Shown: piece by piece, positions 1 to 11,219 of the stretch
Layout of the letters: the number at the start of each line of letters is the position of its first letter
How positions within the stretch are numbered: the first letter of the stretch is position 1
Assembly: GCA_951406725.2 (NCBI GenBank)
Contig: OX597829.1
Location: 7,750,001 to 7,814,000, forward strand
Source: Octopus vulgaris
Lineage: Eukaryota
DNA: 64,000 nt
Direction: 5' to 3'
Translations under genes and position numbers: made by a program
Notes under the pieces: model-generated
What the model was told of the DNA's origin: nothing
Databases searched by the model: none
What the model saw: only the letters and a program-made list of their open reading frames with translations

Positions 1-744
1 TTTTCATTAAGCAACTGAATGTTGGTAATCTAACATGGCCAAAGAAAAATTGTGTTGCCAAATTGTCAGCAGTCAATTTTTCAATGACCGACAAAAACCC
101 AACATTGCTTGTGTGAACCAGGCTGTACTGTGTGTGTGTGTCTTGACCCTTCCAAACCCCTGAGACTGACTCAACAAACCCCTGGTGTTTGATTGAACTC
201 AAGTTAAGAACCACTGATCTATAAACATTAGAATGAACAAGCTTTTCTTAAAGTACTTTTTTACTCAATTATTATAGAATTGAGTGATTGACTTGAAAAA
301 TTTTCAAGAGGATGTTTAGAATGATACATACTGTTACTATTGAAATGTGAATACTCACTGAAAACAGAAAAAGAAATAAAAAAAAAAACTGGATATTCTT
401 TTCTTGAAATATTTGAATTACTATAATGAACTGTTACTCTGTAAGTTTCTATCACAAGGACAAAAGTACCTGATAATGAAGTATTAAAATGGAAGTATAA
501 TAAAATTGTACTTCCACTATGTCTATTATAGCCTTCAGTACTGGTTGACTTTTCACAAGCCGACTTTATTTTTATAGTCTATACCTGTAATGTTCAAAGG
601 TCACTTTCAAATATCATTTTTTTTTTTTTGTTAGAAAATACACAAACATTTTCAGTGTTTTTCATACAGTAATCATAATAAATGTAAGGAAGCACATTTT
701 TTCATAGCTCATCATTAGTGGTACACATTATACAAAAATATACA

Positions 745-1125
745 GGCATAGGAGTGGGTGTGTAGCAAGTAGCTTGCTTACGAACCACATGGTTCCAATT
801 CAGTCCCACTGCGTGACACCTTGGGCAAGTGTCTTCTACTATAGCCTCGGGCCAACCAAAGCCTTGTGAGTGGATTTGGTAGATGGAAACTGAAAGAAGC
901 CCAGCACTATATGTATGTATGTGTGTGTGTATGTGTGTTTGTCCCCCCAACATCGTTTGACAGCCGATGCTGGTGTGTTTACGTACCCGTAACTTAGCTG
1001 TTCGGCAAAAGAGACTGATAGAATAAGTACTAGGCTTACAAAGAATAAGTCCTGGGGTTGATTTGCTCGACTAAAGGCGGTGCTCCAGCATGGCCACAGT
1101 TGCATGACTGAAACAAGTAGAAGAG
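745..1125 (+). mobile_element. tRNA-derived SINE, family A
   Basis: Head with degenerate A/B boxes (GGTTCCAATTCAGTCCC), body 'caccttgggcaagtgtcttctactatagcc...gtgagtggatttggtagatggaaactgaaagaagccc', internal (TG)n, tail 'ccagcatggccacag...tgactgaaacaagta'; many homologous copies in the window. Confidence 0.85.
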
Positions 1126-1289
1126 TATTATATGCAAATAAATACGCCAAATCTAGAAACCACTGCTGCTACTGCCATCAGCAATGATCATCACCATCAT
1201 ATTAATGTCCATTTCTTCATGTAGGAAGATCTTCTTGATGAGTCTCAAGTCCAAATACATCGCAGAATAGAACACCACCAGGTTATCTC

Positions 1290-1580
1290 TTTAACTTGTT
1301 TCAGTCACTGAACTATGGCTGCTATGCAAGGCCATCGCCTTGAAGGGTTCCAGTCAAACAAATCGACTCCAATATTTAGTTTTTAACTCTGATACATTTT
1401 GTATCTGTCCCTTTTACTGAATCCCCAAATCAAATAATAGGGATGTCAATAAACACTGTGTTTGTGTAATGAATGGTCTTCCATTCGCATGGCATTGGTC
1501 AATCCAGGGGCTATAACAGAAGACCGATGTGCATAGAGTACTGCACATAGTTGCAAATCAAGGTTATTAACCATGCCCTT
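1290..1580 (-). mobile_element. degraded SINE family A copy
   Basis: 'cttgtttcagtca...ctatggc' is the reverse complement of the family A tail; 'ggctataacagaagac' matches the body. Confidence 0.55.
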
Positions 1581-1609
1581 GCCTGGAACACATTAATAAA
1601 ATAACTTAC

Positions 1610-1648
1610 TTTGTTTGAGCAAGTGCCGACCAAATTTCCCCTTTGAAG
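1610..1648 (-). CDS. candidate 39-nt microexon (LQRGNLVGTCSNK if phase 0)
   Basis: Minus strand: ttttaac...ctattttAG|CTTCAAAGG...CAAACAAA|GTAAGT; length divisible by 3, no stop in any frame, unique sequence; no homology recognised. Confidence 0.35.
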
Positions 1649-1895
1649 CTAAAATAGCCACACAGTTAAAATAATAGAAGCAATATTTTGTATATAGATT
1701 AAGATAAGTGAATGGCAGGTGAATCTGTTGTGTAATTGATTACATGGCAAGCAATAGATCATGGTTCAATTTCTTAAACATTCTGGGTTTGAAATATTAT
1801 AACTATTATAATTAACTTTCAATACATATATTGCTATTAATAAAAGGATTTCATAATGAAAGCATTAGCATTAAGTCTTTTGTAAACTTCCTTAC

Positions 1896-2102
1896 CGGTT
1901 GACTTTTTCTCTCAGCCTGATTTAACGGAACAATTTTATAGCTAACATTGTAAAGTTCAAAGGTCATATTCAAATTTATGATTATTCTAGAGGACGCATG
2001 AGTTAGAAGTATGTCACTGATGCTTAGACCACATGTTATCTCTGGGGCAGTCGTTATAAAATCAAAGCTTTTGCTGCCAAGACAATCACACATTTTTCTC
2101 AT
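1896..2102 (-). CDS. candidate first coding exon (MRKMCDC...AERKSQP, phase-0 donor)
   Basis: ATG at 2102 stays open for 69 codons to CCG|GTAAGG at 1896/1895; lies downstream of the promoter-like motifs at 2432-2477; protein not recognised. Confidence 0.3.
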
Positions 2103-2429
2103 TGTGCACACAAAGATGACATCCTTTATTAAAATTTAAGCTGCTGTTTCTGGTACACATTCTTGTCAGTTCACTGAAGGGGTTGCTTCTCTCTTTACCT
2201 CTGCCTCTCTTTCACTCTCTCTCCCTCTCACTATCTGCAATTATCCTGAAATGGGATCTAGTTAGTTTCATTCACAAAATGAGCTACCTTTAATTTTGCT
2301 CGGATTGCTTTCAATTTTGGTGTATCAATGCAATTTTGAATTTTCATTACAATCAACCAATTACTTTATCTCGTAAATTAAAGAATCTGATGTCATTTGG
2401 AATTAAAGTTGGGAAATTTGGATAATTTT

Positions 2430-2477
2430 AGCCAATCAACTGACAGCGTGGCATTAGCAGCTTGTTACCATGACAAC
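2430..2477. promoter_or_regulatory. candidate promoter/enhancer: CCAAT box, TGACAG (Meis/TALE) site and RFX X-box
   Basis: AGCCAATCA at 2430-2438, TGACAG at 2441-2446, GTTACCATGACAAC at 2464-2477 (near-palindromic X-box, consensus GTTRCCATGGYAAC) clustered within 50 bp of non-repetitive DNA. Confidence 0.45.
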
Positions 2478-3692
2478 CGCACACTGTGTTGTGCTTCACT
2501 TCACCCATGTCTATGCCACACATTGTTCCGTGTTGATACTACACACCACAAGATTCTTTTGTTTTATTTTTCAGTGCTTTTTCTGTGTGTTAGTATTTTT
2601 ACATATTTTTCATTTCATATATTTTGGGGACAAATTCTTTGTTGACCAGTGTTATTCTTATCGTACTTTACAAATCCAAGCATGAAAATATTACTCAACT
2701 TTGGAGTTTTGGAGACAGACACAAACAAACACGTGCAGTTATATATTAATGATGTACACAAATACATGACAGGTATACATAATACTGAAATACGCATAAA
2801 GATAAAGTAAACATATGCAGACAAATATATTAATCTAACAAATTAAAAGAAACATAATAAAAACACAATCAATTAAGAGATAAAAGGAACAGAAAGATGA
2901 TCCATGTTGATTTTATTAGGTATTTCTGTTTATTTAGAAACCTACAATGAAGAGGTCATTTCACAGAAGCTAAACTATAAATTTCACAGGGTACAATCTT
3001 AAAGTTGACACTGTTACGCTAAACGCAAAACATTTCTGTCTCGCTATTGGCAAAAAATAGTATTTAAATAAAAAAATTTTATTTCTAAAGCTCTGTCACT
3101 TTTTCCTCCGATCTTTTTCTCCACAACATCATACTTTCAAAGCAATAAGACTGGAAAACTACATTATTATAGCCAATTTTCAGGTTTTTTACTGCATCAT
3201 CATCTAAAAAATGCATATTTTGTGAATCAGTTTAGCTAGAACCTTGAAATGACTTCAACATACAAAGCTCATGCTTCTCCATCTTTTACCAAACACACAT
3301 TAGTCCCACCCACTTTCTAACTTATAGAATACACTATTCCCCCACCAATCTTCACTGCCTATTCACATCATATTGCTTTAAAATATATTTTCAAAGAAAG
3401 ATGAAGGGAAAGAAAATTGCAATCTAAAATTTTAATGGGGTAAAAGTACAATAGTATAATGATTACCATACTTTCCCAGTCTGCTTCAGAATCTGATTTG
3501 GTTTGTCTCAAGGGGGAAATTGGAGGATATTGCTATCTTCCAAAATGTACATTCATCATAAATATACCAATCATTGTGTGATTGAAACATACATCAAGAA
3601 ACAGACATGCATTTACTCTTTCTTTGGAGTTATAAAGTTAAACATACTGTCCAGCGAGATGTGTGTGCACACGGATGCACACACACACACAC

Positions 3693-4112
3693 AGGCTGTG
3701 TGGTAAGAAGTTCACTTCCCAAACACATGGCATTGGGTTCAATCCCACTGCATGACACCTTGGGCAAGTGTCTTTGACAATAGCCTCAGGCCAGCCAAAG
3801 GCTTGCGAGTGGATCTGGTAGATGGAAACTGAAAAACTAAAAAAAACCCATCATGTGTGTGCGTGTTTGTGTGCGTGCGCACGTGTGTGTGTGTGTGTGT
3901 GCAAGTCTTTTTGCCCCCACCACAGCTTGACAACATGTGGTGGTGTGTTTACATACCTGTAACTTAGTAGTTCAGGGAAAGTGCCCAATAGAATAAATAT
4001 CAGGCATTAAAAAAATAAGACAAAGGACTGGGGTCGATTCATTCAACTAAAAATTCTTCAAGTCAGTGCTCCAGCATGGCCATAGTCTAATGACTGAAAC
4101 AAGTAAAAGGAA
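3693..4112 (+). mobile_element. tRNA-derived SINE, family A
   Basis: 'ggctgtgtggtaagaag...gggttcaatcccactg' head with the same body and tail as 745-1125. Confidence 0.85.
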
Positions 4113-4113
4113 A

Positions 4114-4144
<31 letters not shown>

Positions 4145-4147
4145 TAT

Positions 4148-4445
4148 GAGGGTGCATGACCTAGGGGTTGTGGTGTTGCACTTACGATGGTGAGATTGTG
4201 ATTTCACTTCCTAGACTGGGTGTTGCGTTGTGTTCTTGAGCAAAACACTTCATCTCCCATTGCTCTGCAATCACTTTGGCACCTGATACATGCTACACCT
4301 GTGCACCTGTCCAGACAATGTCTGTTTGATGGAAAGAATGAGATAATGTGGAGCATAAACATTTCATCACTATAAACAAATCATTTGTGCAGCTCGTTCA
4401 GTAGAAGCTGAACACTCGCACGTTGCCTTCGATGGGAGAGCCCTT
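4148..4445 (+). mobile_element. tRNA-derived SINE, family C (decayed)
   Basis: tRNA-like head followed by 'gtgttcttgagcaaaacacttcat' core; related head and core on the minus strand at 22200-22435. Confidence 0.55.
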
Positions 4446-4457
4446 CATGTATAAGAT

Positions 4458-4752
4458 ATCATCATCATCGTTTAATGTCCACTTTCCATGCTGGCATGGG
4501 TTGGATGGTTTGACTGAGGGCTGGCGAACCAGAGTTTCTGGCAGAGTTTCTACAGCTGGATGCCCTTCCTAATGCCAACCACTCTGAGAGTGTAGTGGTT
4601 GCTTTTACATGCTACTGGTACATGAGGGCTAGTCAGGCAGTACTGGCAATGGCCACGGTCAAATGGTACTTTTTATGTACCACCTGCACAGGAGCCAGTC
4701 CAGCGGCACTGGCAATGACCTCGCTCGAATGTTTATTTTTTATGTACCACCG
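4458..4752 (-). mobile_element. RTE LINE 3'-UTR fragment
   Basis: (CAT)n followed by 'cgtttaatgtccactttccatgctggcatgggttggatgg', the reverse complement of the 3' end of RTE copies at 21960-22097 and 27740-27905. Confidence 0.8.
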
Positions 4753-4991
4753 GTAAGCCATGCACCCTCATGTGTGTACATATATATATATACTTTTTCC
4801 TTTTACTTGTTTCAGTCATTAGACTATGGCCATGCTGGAGCACTGACTTGAAGAATTTTTAGTTGAATGAATCGACCCCAGTCCTTTGTCTTATTTTTTT
4901 AATGCCTGATATTTATTCTATTGGGCACTTTCCCTGAACTACTAAGTTACAGGTATGTAAAAAATATATATGTATATACATATAAAAAATA

Positions 4992-5085
4992 AAGAGGGAA
5001 GATGGAGAGAAGATTAATAAGTTTATTAATACATTGACAAGATTATTAATAAACTTGTATTAATCTTACCTCCATCTTCTCTCTT
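4992..5085. repeat. ~94-nt imperfect palindrome
   Basis: aagagggaagatggagagaagattaataagtttattaata pairs with tattaataaacttgtattaatcttacctccatcttctctctt around a ~12-nt loop. Confidence 0.8.
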
Positions 5086-5130
5086 GGCGTGTGTGTGTGT
5101 GTGCACGTGCCTATATTGTTATATACTATA

Positions 5131-5529
5131 CTAGCAGTATTACCCGGCGTTGGTCGGGTTTGTAAGGGAAATAACTATATAAGCATTTTTAGAGAGTTAC
5201 TTCCCTTATATAATAGCAAAAAAATGCATTAATAATGGGAAAAATGATGGTAAATTTTTTTTTAAATCGTAGACTCATCGTAGACATTTTTAGAGAGTTA
5301 CTTCCCCTATATAATAGCAAAAAAATGCATTAAAAATGGAAAAAAGTGATGGTAAATTTTTTTTTAAATCATAGACTCATCGTAGACGCGCGCTAATACC
5401 CAGAAGGGCTCGATATGAATCACGACTATAAGATACCCGGTTTTGGTTAAACTGCACCGCAAAATGTGGGAGTAGTTAGGAATCTAAATCATAGGAGACA
5501 CACCACACAACTTCAGTTTTATATATACT
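5131..5529 (-). mobile_element. non-autonomous Helitron with internal ~101-bp tandem duplication
   Basis: Minus strand ends 'cccgaccaacgccggg taatactg CTAG|t' (subterminal hairpin plus CTAG); 5' end 'tatataaaactgaagttgt' shared with the Helitron at 59094; duplicated units ~5185-5285 and 5286-5387. Confidence 0.8.
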
Positions 5530-5924
5530 ATATATACTGGCTATATTCAGCCAGTATAATTTGGGCATTTTTATCCCTCCAGGGTTTATATCTTCGCCTG
5601 TACTATGTATATGAATATATATATATATATATATATATCAGCACACACATTCAATGAATGTGAACCCAATACGTGTCTTTCTCTAAGTAAACATGTAGAT
5701 GCAGAAATCTACATGTTATGACAAATACAGACATACATCTACATGTTGGAATGAAAACAATCTACTTACTACCTATTATAAGGTAACTATTGAGAAAAAA
5801 TGTTTGGCGTCTGTGTATTTTAAATGTTAATTTCAATTTTGATAGGAAAAGTACAAAAAATTCCATCAAAGCATCATTATCATGTATTTTGTGGTGCTAA
5901 TGTTTAAAATAAATCACAACTGTT

Positions 5925-6110
5925 TTAATACCAACCCACCTGAGACCACCTGCACTGGTTCTATGATGGAAACTTGCTATTTTAAAATGATCTAATTTAA
6001 AACCCTCCACCAAAATTTCATGCTAATTTGTTCCAAACACCAGCTTAGTAGCGACAAGGTTATATTAATAAATTTATTATTATTTTCAAAATTAATACAA
6101 TCGAAGTCAG
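5925..6110 (-). mobile_element. degenerate copy of the 223-bp piggyBac-type MITE
   Basis: Aligns by eye to the reverse complement of 14221-14443; termini eroded. Confidence 0.55.
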
Positions 6111-6347
6111 TGACTTTTCGTCACTGGAAAAAGTATATATATTTGCATTGAGAATCACTTCTCATCACCATCCGGATGATGATGGATCAATACCCAGAAA
6201 CCCGTGTCCACATGTATCACGTGATGCTGGAGATGGGAACGATGACTTCCCTTTGCAAATATTGATAGGGCATAGATAGTGTGTGAATAGCCAGCTGGAG
6301 GAATTTGTCTTTCTGGGGCTACAAACTACAGTAGCATCAACCCTTAA

Positions 6348-7433
6348 CCCTTTTGTTACTATATTTCTGACCAAATTGCACCCCTTATGTGTTTCAATTA
6401 ATTTCTAACATAATCATAAATTTAGTCTGGTTTCATTAAACAACTATAACTTTTTTATTTATCAATACATTAATGTGATTTTAGGAAGATAATTTAATGA
6501 AATGTTCTCAACCAATTCTATACTATAATTTTTGTCACAAAGTGACTCTAATTGCAGGTAGATACAGGTAAATTCAACAAAATATAAAAATATCAAAATT
6601 TTGTTCAAACATCGCTACAGAAAATGGGTTATTAGCTAATATTCAATTGGGTATACAACAAAATTTTACAATAGAATTTGTTATTTTGGGTAACATTCTG
6701 ATACCCATAATAATATTTATGGCAAAATAGTCTTAATTTCATTTAAGGTTGTGGGAAACCACTAACTATACTTTCTTACGCTTTGTTTACATTTAGCGTA
6801 ACGGTTCGTTTCCACCGTAATGATTTCAAATAGGCTCATTCGAAAAAGTAAAAAGAAATAGTCTAAGGCTTTACTCTCCTGGGAAAGTCTGTGGCGTGGT
6901 ACAGTTTCTTCAGAAAAATCACCGAAAGAAACAGTTTTTAAATTTTCACTCCATTCAGGTGCCAATTCATTTTCTTTATCGCTGTCGGAGCTCTCGGATT
7001 CACTGTTTTCACTTTCGGAAAACGAAACATCAGATTCATTATCAAATACCACATGCTTTTTTTTTTCAGTCATAGAGTTAGATTTATGAAGGTCTTCAGT
7101 AGAAAATCCTTAGAATTCTGACTCGCTGCTTGATATAATGAAATTCGTATCCATTTTTTGTCAGAATTACAAATTTTGAAAACACAATAGGAACAAATTT
7201 CGGAAAAAAATCTCCCAAAATTCACGGAATTAAAATTACACTTCGATTGTTGTACAAAACTGTAGTTGAACTGTTTACGAAGTATAATACATGTTTTCAC
7301 GAATGTACTAAAGAGATTTGCTCTGATATTCTCATTTAAATATGAATAGGTAAATACGGGCGGGTTTGGGCGGTTTGGTCACATTTACCAAAAATTTTTT
7401 CGGCCGGCTTTGGGTGGTTTGGTAACGAAAGGG
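6348..7433 (-). mobile_element. internally deleted piggyBac transposon, copy 1
   Basis: TTAA at 6344-6347 and 7434-7437; TIRs CCCTTTTGTTAC / GTAACGAAAGGG; transposase N-terminal remnant (acidic tract, LDYFFLLF...ETNRYA, W.PTT.NEIK, IIMGI) typical of PGBD4-like proteins. Confidence 0.9.
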
Positions 7434-8406
7434 TTAAGGGCTAGCCACATTTAGGTGGCAAATATATTTCATGATGTTATACGGCTACTGTTTATACATC
7501 GCTCAGAGATTTATTAAAGTCAGTGTAGTTCAACAAGAAAACATGGTTAATAAAAGGGTCAAATATAAACTTGTTTTAAAAATTTGTGACGTAAATTCCT
7601 TTTGAAAATTCCTATGTTTTAGATGTCTATCATGTTCCAGAAAATATATATTAAATATATATTGAAATTATATGGAAACATTGAATGTAAAATGGTGACA
7701 TTCTTTAAGTAATACGAAAGCAGTGTTATTTATTGTAAACTTTTTGAACAAGACTAACTACAAAACAAATTTTTCTTTAAATCTTGTAAGTACATTAGAA
7801 ATTGTAGATGCTGTATTTCCATTAGAAGATTTTTGTTAGGGAGATAACCAATCCATATGTTTTGATTATTGTACCAAGCAAGGAATTAAATTTACTTAAT
7901 CCTTTTATTGTTCCTGATTCGAAACCATTTTTTCACTTCTTTAAATGTTGCACAGGCACATAGTAATTCAGAGCCTATTTACTATCATCATTATCTTCTC
8001 TTATTACCATTTATTTCTATTAATTCTTTCCAGTAGTCTGATTTCAATTATGTATGTTCAGTGCATTACCATTTTCTGTGCCATGGTTCTTTGCAGTGTT
8101 TTGTTTCCATCTTGTTTTCTATTCTGGTGCTATTTTCCATATGCTGTGCATACATGGAAGTTCTGAGGTTTAGTTACACAATTCTCAACAGTTTCTCTTT
8201 TCAGTACCAACATCCCATTTTCCTTTTTCTATTACTAAATCCTTATATTTGGATACTTAATTACTTTGAGAAATAAATTATCAGTTGAAAACTAACACTT
8301 TAGTTAGAAGACACCTTCTTTCCCAGTGGTCTTTGACTGCGAGGAATAACATATCCAGGACTGTGACCACTCTAGTAGTCTTGATTCTGTATAAGAATTC
8401 CATTAA

Positions 8407-9480
8407 CCCTTTCGTTACCAAACCGCCCAAAGCCGCCCCAAAAAAATTTTGGTTTATGAGACCAAACCGCCGAAAGCCGCCCGAATTTACCTATTCATAT
8501 TTAAATGAGAATATCAGAGCAAATCTCTTCAGTACATTCGTGAAAACACGTATTATACTTCGTAAACAGTTCAACTACAGTTTTGTACAATAATCGAAGT
8601 GTAATTTTAATTCCGTGAATTTTGGGAGATTTTTTTCCGAAATTTGTTCCTATTGTGTTTTCAAAATTTGTAATTCTGACAAAAAATGGATACGAATTTC
8701 ATTATATCAAGCAGCGAGTCAGAATTCTAAGGATTTTCTACTGAAGACCTTCATAAATCTAACTCCATGACTGAAAAAAAAAAAAGCATGTGGTATTTGA
8801 TAATGAATCTGATGTTTCCTTTTCCGAAAGTGAAAACAGTGAATCTGAGATCTCCGATAGCGATAAAGAAAACGAATTGGCACCTGAATGGAGTGAAAAT
8901 TTAAAAACTGTTTCTTTCGGTGATTTTTCTGAAGAAACTGGACCAAGCCACAGACTTTCCCTTAGGCTATTTCTATTTACTTTTTCGATTGAGCCTATTT
9001 GAAATCATTACGGCAGAAACGAACCATTACGCTAAACGTAAACAAAGCGAAGGAAACGATAGTTTGTGGTTTCCCACAACCTTAAATGAAATTAAGACTA
9101 TTTTGCCATAAATATTATTATGGGTATCAGAAAGTTACCCAAAATAACAAATTCTATCGTAAAATTTTGTTGTATACCCAACTGAATATTAGCTAATAAC
9201 CCATTTTCTATAGCGATGTTTGAACAAAATTTTAATAGTTTTATATTTTGTGGAATTTACCTGTATCTACCTACAATTAGAGTCACTTTGTGACAAAAAT
9301 TATAGTATAGAATTGGTTGAGAATATTTCATTAAATTATCTTTCAAAAATCAGATTAATATATCGATAAATAAAAATGTTATAGTTGTTTAATGAAACCA
9401 GACTAAATTTATGATTACGTTAGAAATTAATTGAAACACATAAGGGGTGCAATTTGGTCAGAAATATAGTAACGAAAGGG
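8407..9480 (+). mobile_element. internally deleted piggyBac transposon, copy 2 (inverted relative to copy 1)
   Basis: TTAA at 8403-8406 and 9481-9484; TIRs CCCTTTCGTTAC / GTAACGAAAGGG; frameshifted remnant ETNHYA...WFPTTLNEIK...IIMGIRKLPK. Confidence 0.9.
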
Positions 9481-9570
9481 TTAAGGAACATTTAGCTAAA
9501 TAAACATTCATTTAGGAGCAGGTTATACAGTTGAACTTTCTTTAACGGTCATTTTCATAGCATATTTTGA

Positions 9571-9646
9571 TTGCCTCAATAACTGAAGAGATGCCAGTGT
9601 GGATTTCCGTCCCGACATCTGCAACTCAAGAGTTTTATTATGGCAA
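9571..9646 (+). ncRNA. type I hammerhead ribozyme-like motif (one core substitution)
   Basis: Stem I ttgcc-tc-aataa / ttatt-at-ggcaa; CTGAAGA 9583-9589; stem II gatg...catc; GCAA in place of GAAA at 9621; stem III ctc-aa-gag; UU cleavage site. The homologous copy at 63930-64000 retains GAAA. Confidence 0.6.
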
Positions 9647-9681
9647 CCGAATAATAGTGACATATTGTATTACAGATATAT

Positions 9682-9886
9682 CTTTTAGACTGATAAGGTA
9701 CCAACCCTGTACGTAGGTCCAGTTTGCCCTTTCTCTTACTTTTTCTCTCTGACATCATCTGTTTGGAAATATATCAGCTGTACTTAGGCCTAGTGAGGTC
9801 TAAAAATGTTCAAGCAAGCCACAATATTATAGCTGTACTCCTATGACCCCATTAAGTGGTTGAGGGTTTTAGGGCCCTAGAAAAGC

Positions 9887-9928
<42 letters not shown>

Positions 9929-10011
9929 TACAGCTGATGTCAGAGAGAAAAAGTAAGAGAAAGGGGAAACTGGACCTAAGTACAGGGTTGGTACCTTATC
10001 AGTCTAAAAAG
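9682..10011. repeat. ~80-bp inverted repeat enclosing (TA)n
   Basis: 9682-9762 versus reverse complement of 9930-10011, about 3 substitutions. Confidence 0.85.
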
Positions 10012-10333
10012 CATGAAAAAAAAACCCATAGTTAACCTCAGTAAGGTTTGAACTCAGAACATAGACAATCAGAAAGCTGGATTGGTTACTGCAAGCAAAC
10101 TGACATTGTAAAACCTCTACTAATCAGCTGCTTTCACAGAGAGGGGGGGGGGATTTTCAAACTCATGTAGTTGACTTTATTTCTTTATATCTGCCTACTC
10201 AGAGTTTTCTGCAATAGATTCATTCATGCTTGAAAGAATGCTTTGTATGTCAGTCTATGAAACCAAAGATCGAAGTAGTAACTCTTTATACAATTGTATG
10301 TATATATTTACACAACTACTCCTACATATGTGA

Positions 10334-10370
<37 letters not shown>

Positions 10371-10719
10371 CATTTATATTTATATGTGTATATATACACA
10401 CACACACATGCATGTATATACACAAATAAAAGAAACAATACATAGTACTCATTGACAAACACACACAATGTGGAGGAGCATACATCTAAATTCCAAACGT
10501 TAGAATTTGAAGACTTTTTGTTAATGAATATTAATGTTTTTATTTATTTATTTTTATTCCATTTTATCATGTTTTATCCTATTTCAATCAATATCAGTAA
10601 ATTTAACTTTGGCATCAAGATTTCACATTGAAAATAGCTTGGATAATCAAAAGGAGAATAAAACAAAATAAGCACAGGACAAAAATAGCTAAAACGAACT
10701 CCAGAAATAATTAAAGAAA

Positions 10720-10731
10720 AAAAAAAGAAGA

Positions 10732-10808
<77 letters not shown>
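10720..10808. repeat. (AAAG)n-(GA)n microsatellite
   Basis: Direct reading; similar (GA)n at 26265-26317 and 36161-36190, and many (TA)n/(CA)n tracts throughout. Confidence 0.95.
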
Positions 10809-10811
<3 letters not shown>

Positions 10812-11180
10812 TGACATTAGTAACCACATCTTTGACACTGTAAAGCTGTAGCAAAGTGTCAAGAATCTGTTTGGTAATTCCATATTAGAAATTCAGAAAC
10901 TATTATATCTGGAATGATTGTCTAATTGTTTCACAGAGCAACAGACCGCAACAAAATGTGTGTCTGTGGAATTGTGTGTTATGTGCATGCATGTCTTAAT
11001 ATTAGTAAACATGTGAAAATGTGTGCGTGCGTGCTGTGTGTGTTTGTCACTACTTTCAAGCATATGAAAAGGTATTTATAAATATATGTGTGCATGTGTA
11101 GAATGTATAAATGAGTGTATGTTAATAGCTGCAGTAGTAAGATATGCATGTGATAGAGGGAATGAATGTGTGCTTTTGTA

Positions 11181-11219
<39 letters not shown>

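Larger units (their letters stand above)
3949..4961. repeat. local inverted duplication (arms ~3949-4158 and ~4760-4961)
   Basis: ~165 bp of the SINE tail recur as an apparently exact reverse complement, continuing through the (TA)n into 'tgagggtgcatg'. Confidence 0.9.

Noticed and set aside
6762-7073. Domesticated PGBD gene or acidic host protein
   Set aside because: Only the N-terminal remnant, truncated, inside intact TIRs; catalytic domain deleted
9688-9720. Hammerhead core starting CTGATAAG gtac...gtac
   Set aside because: No GAAA or stem III follows
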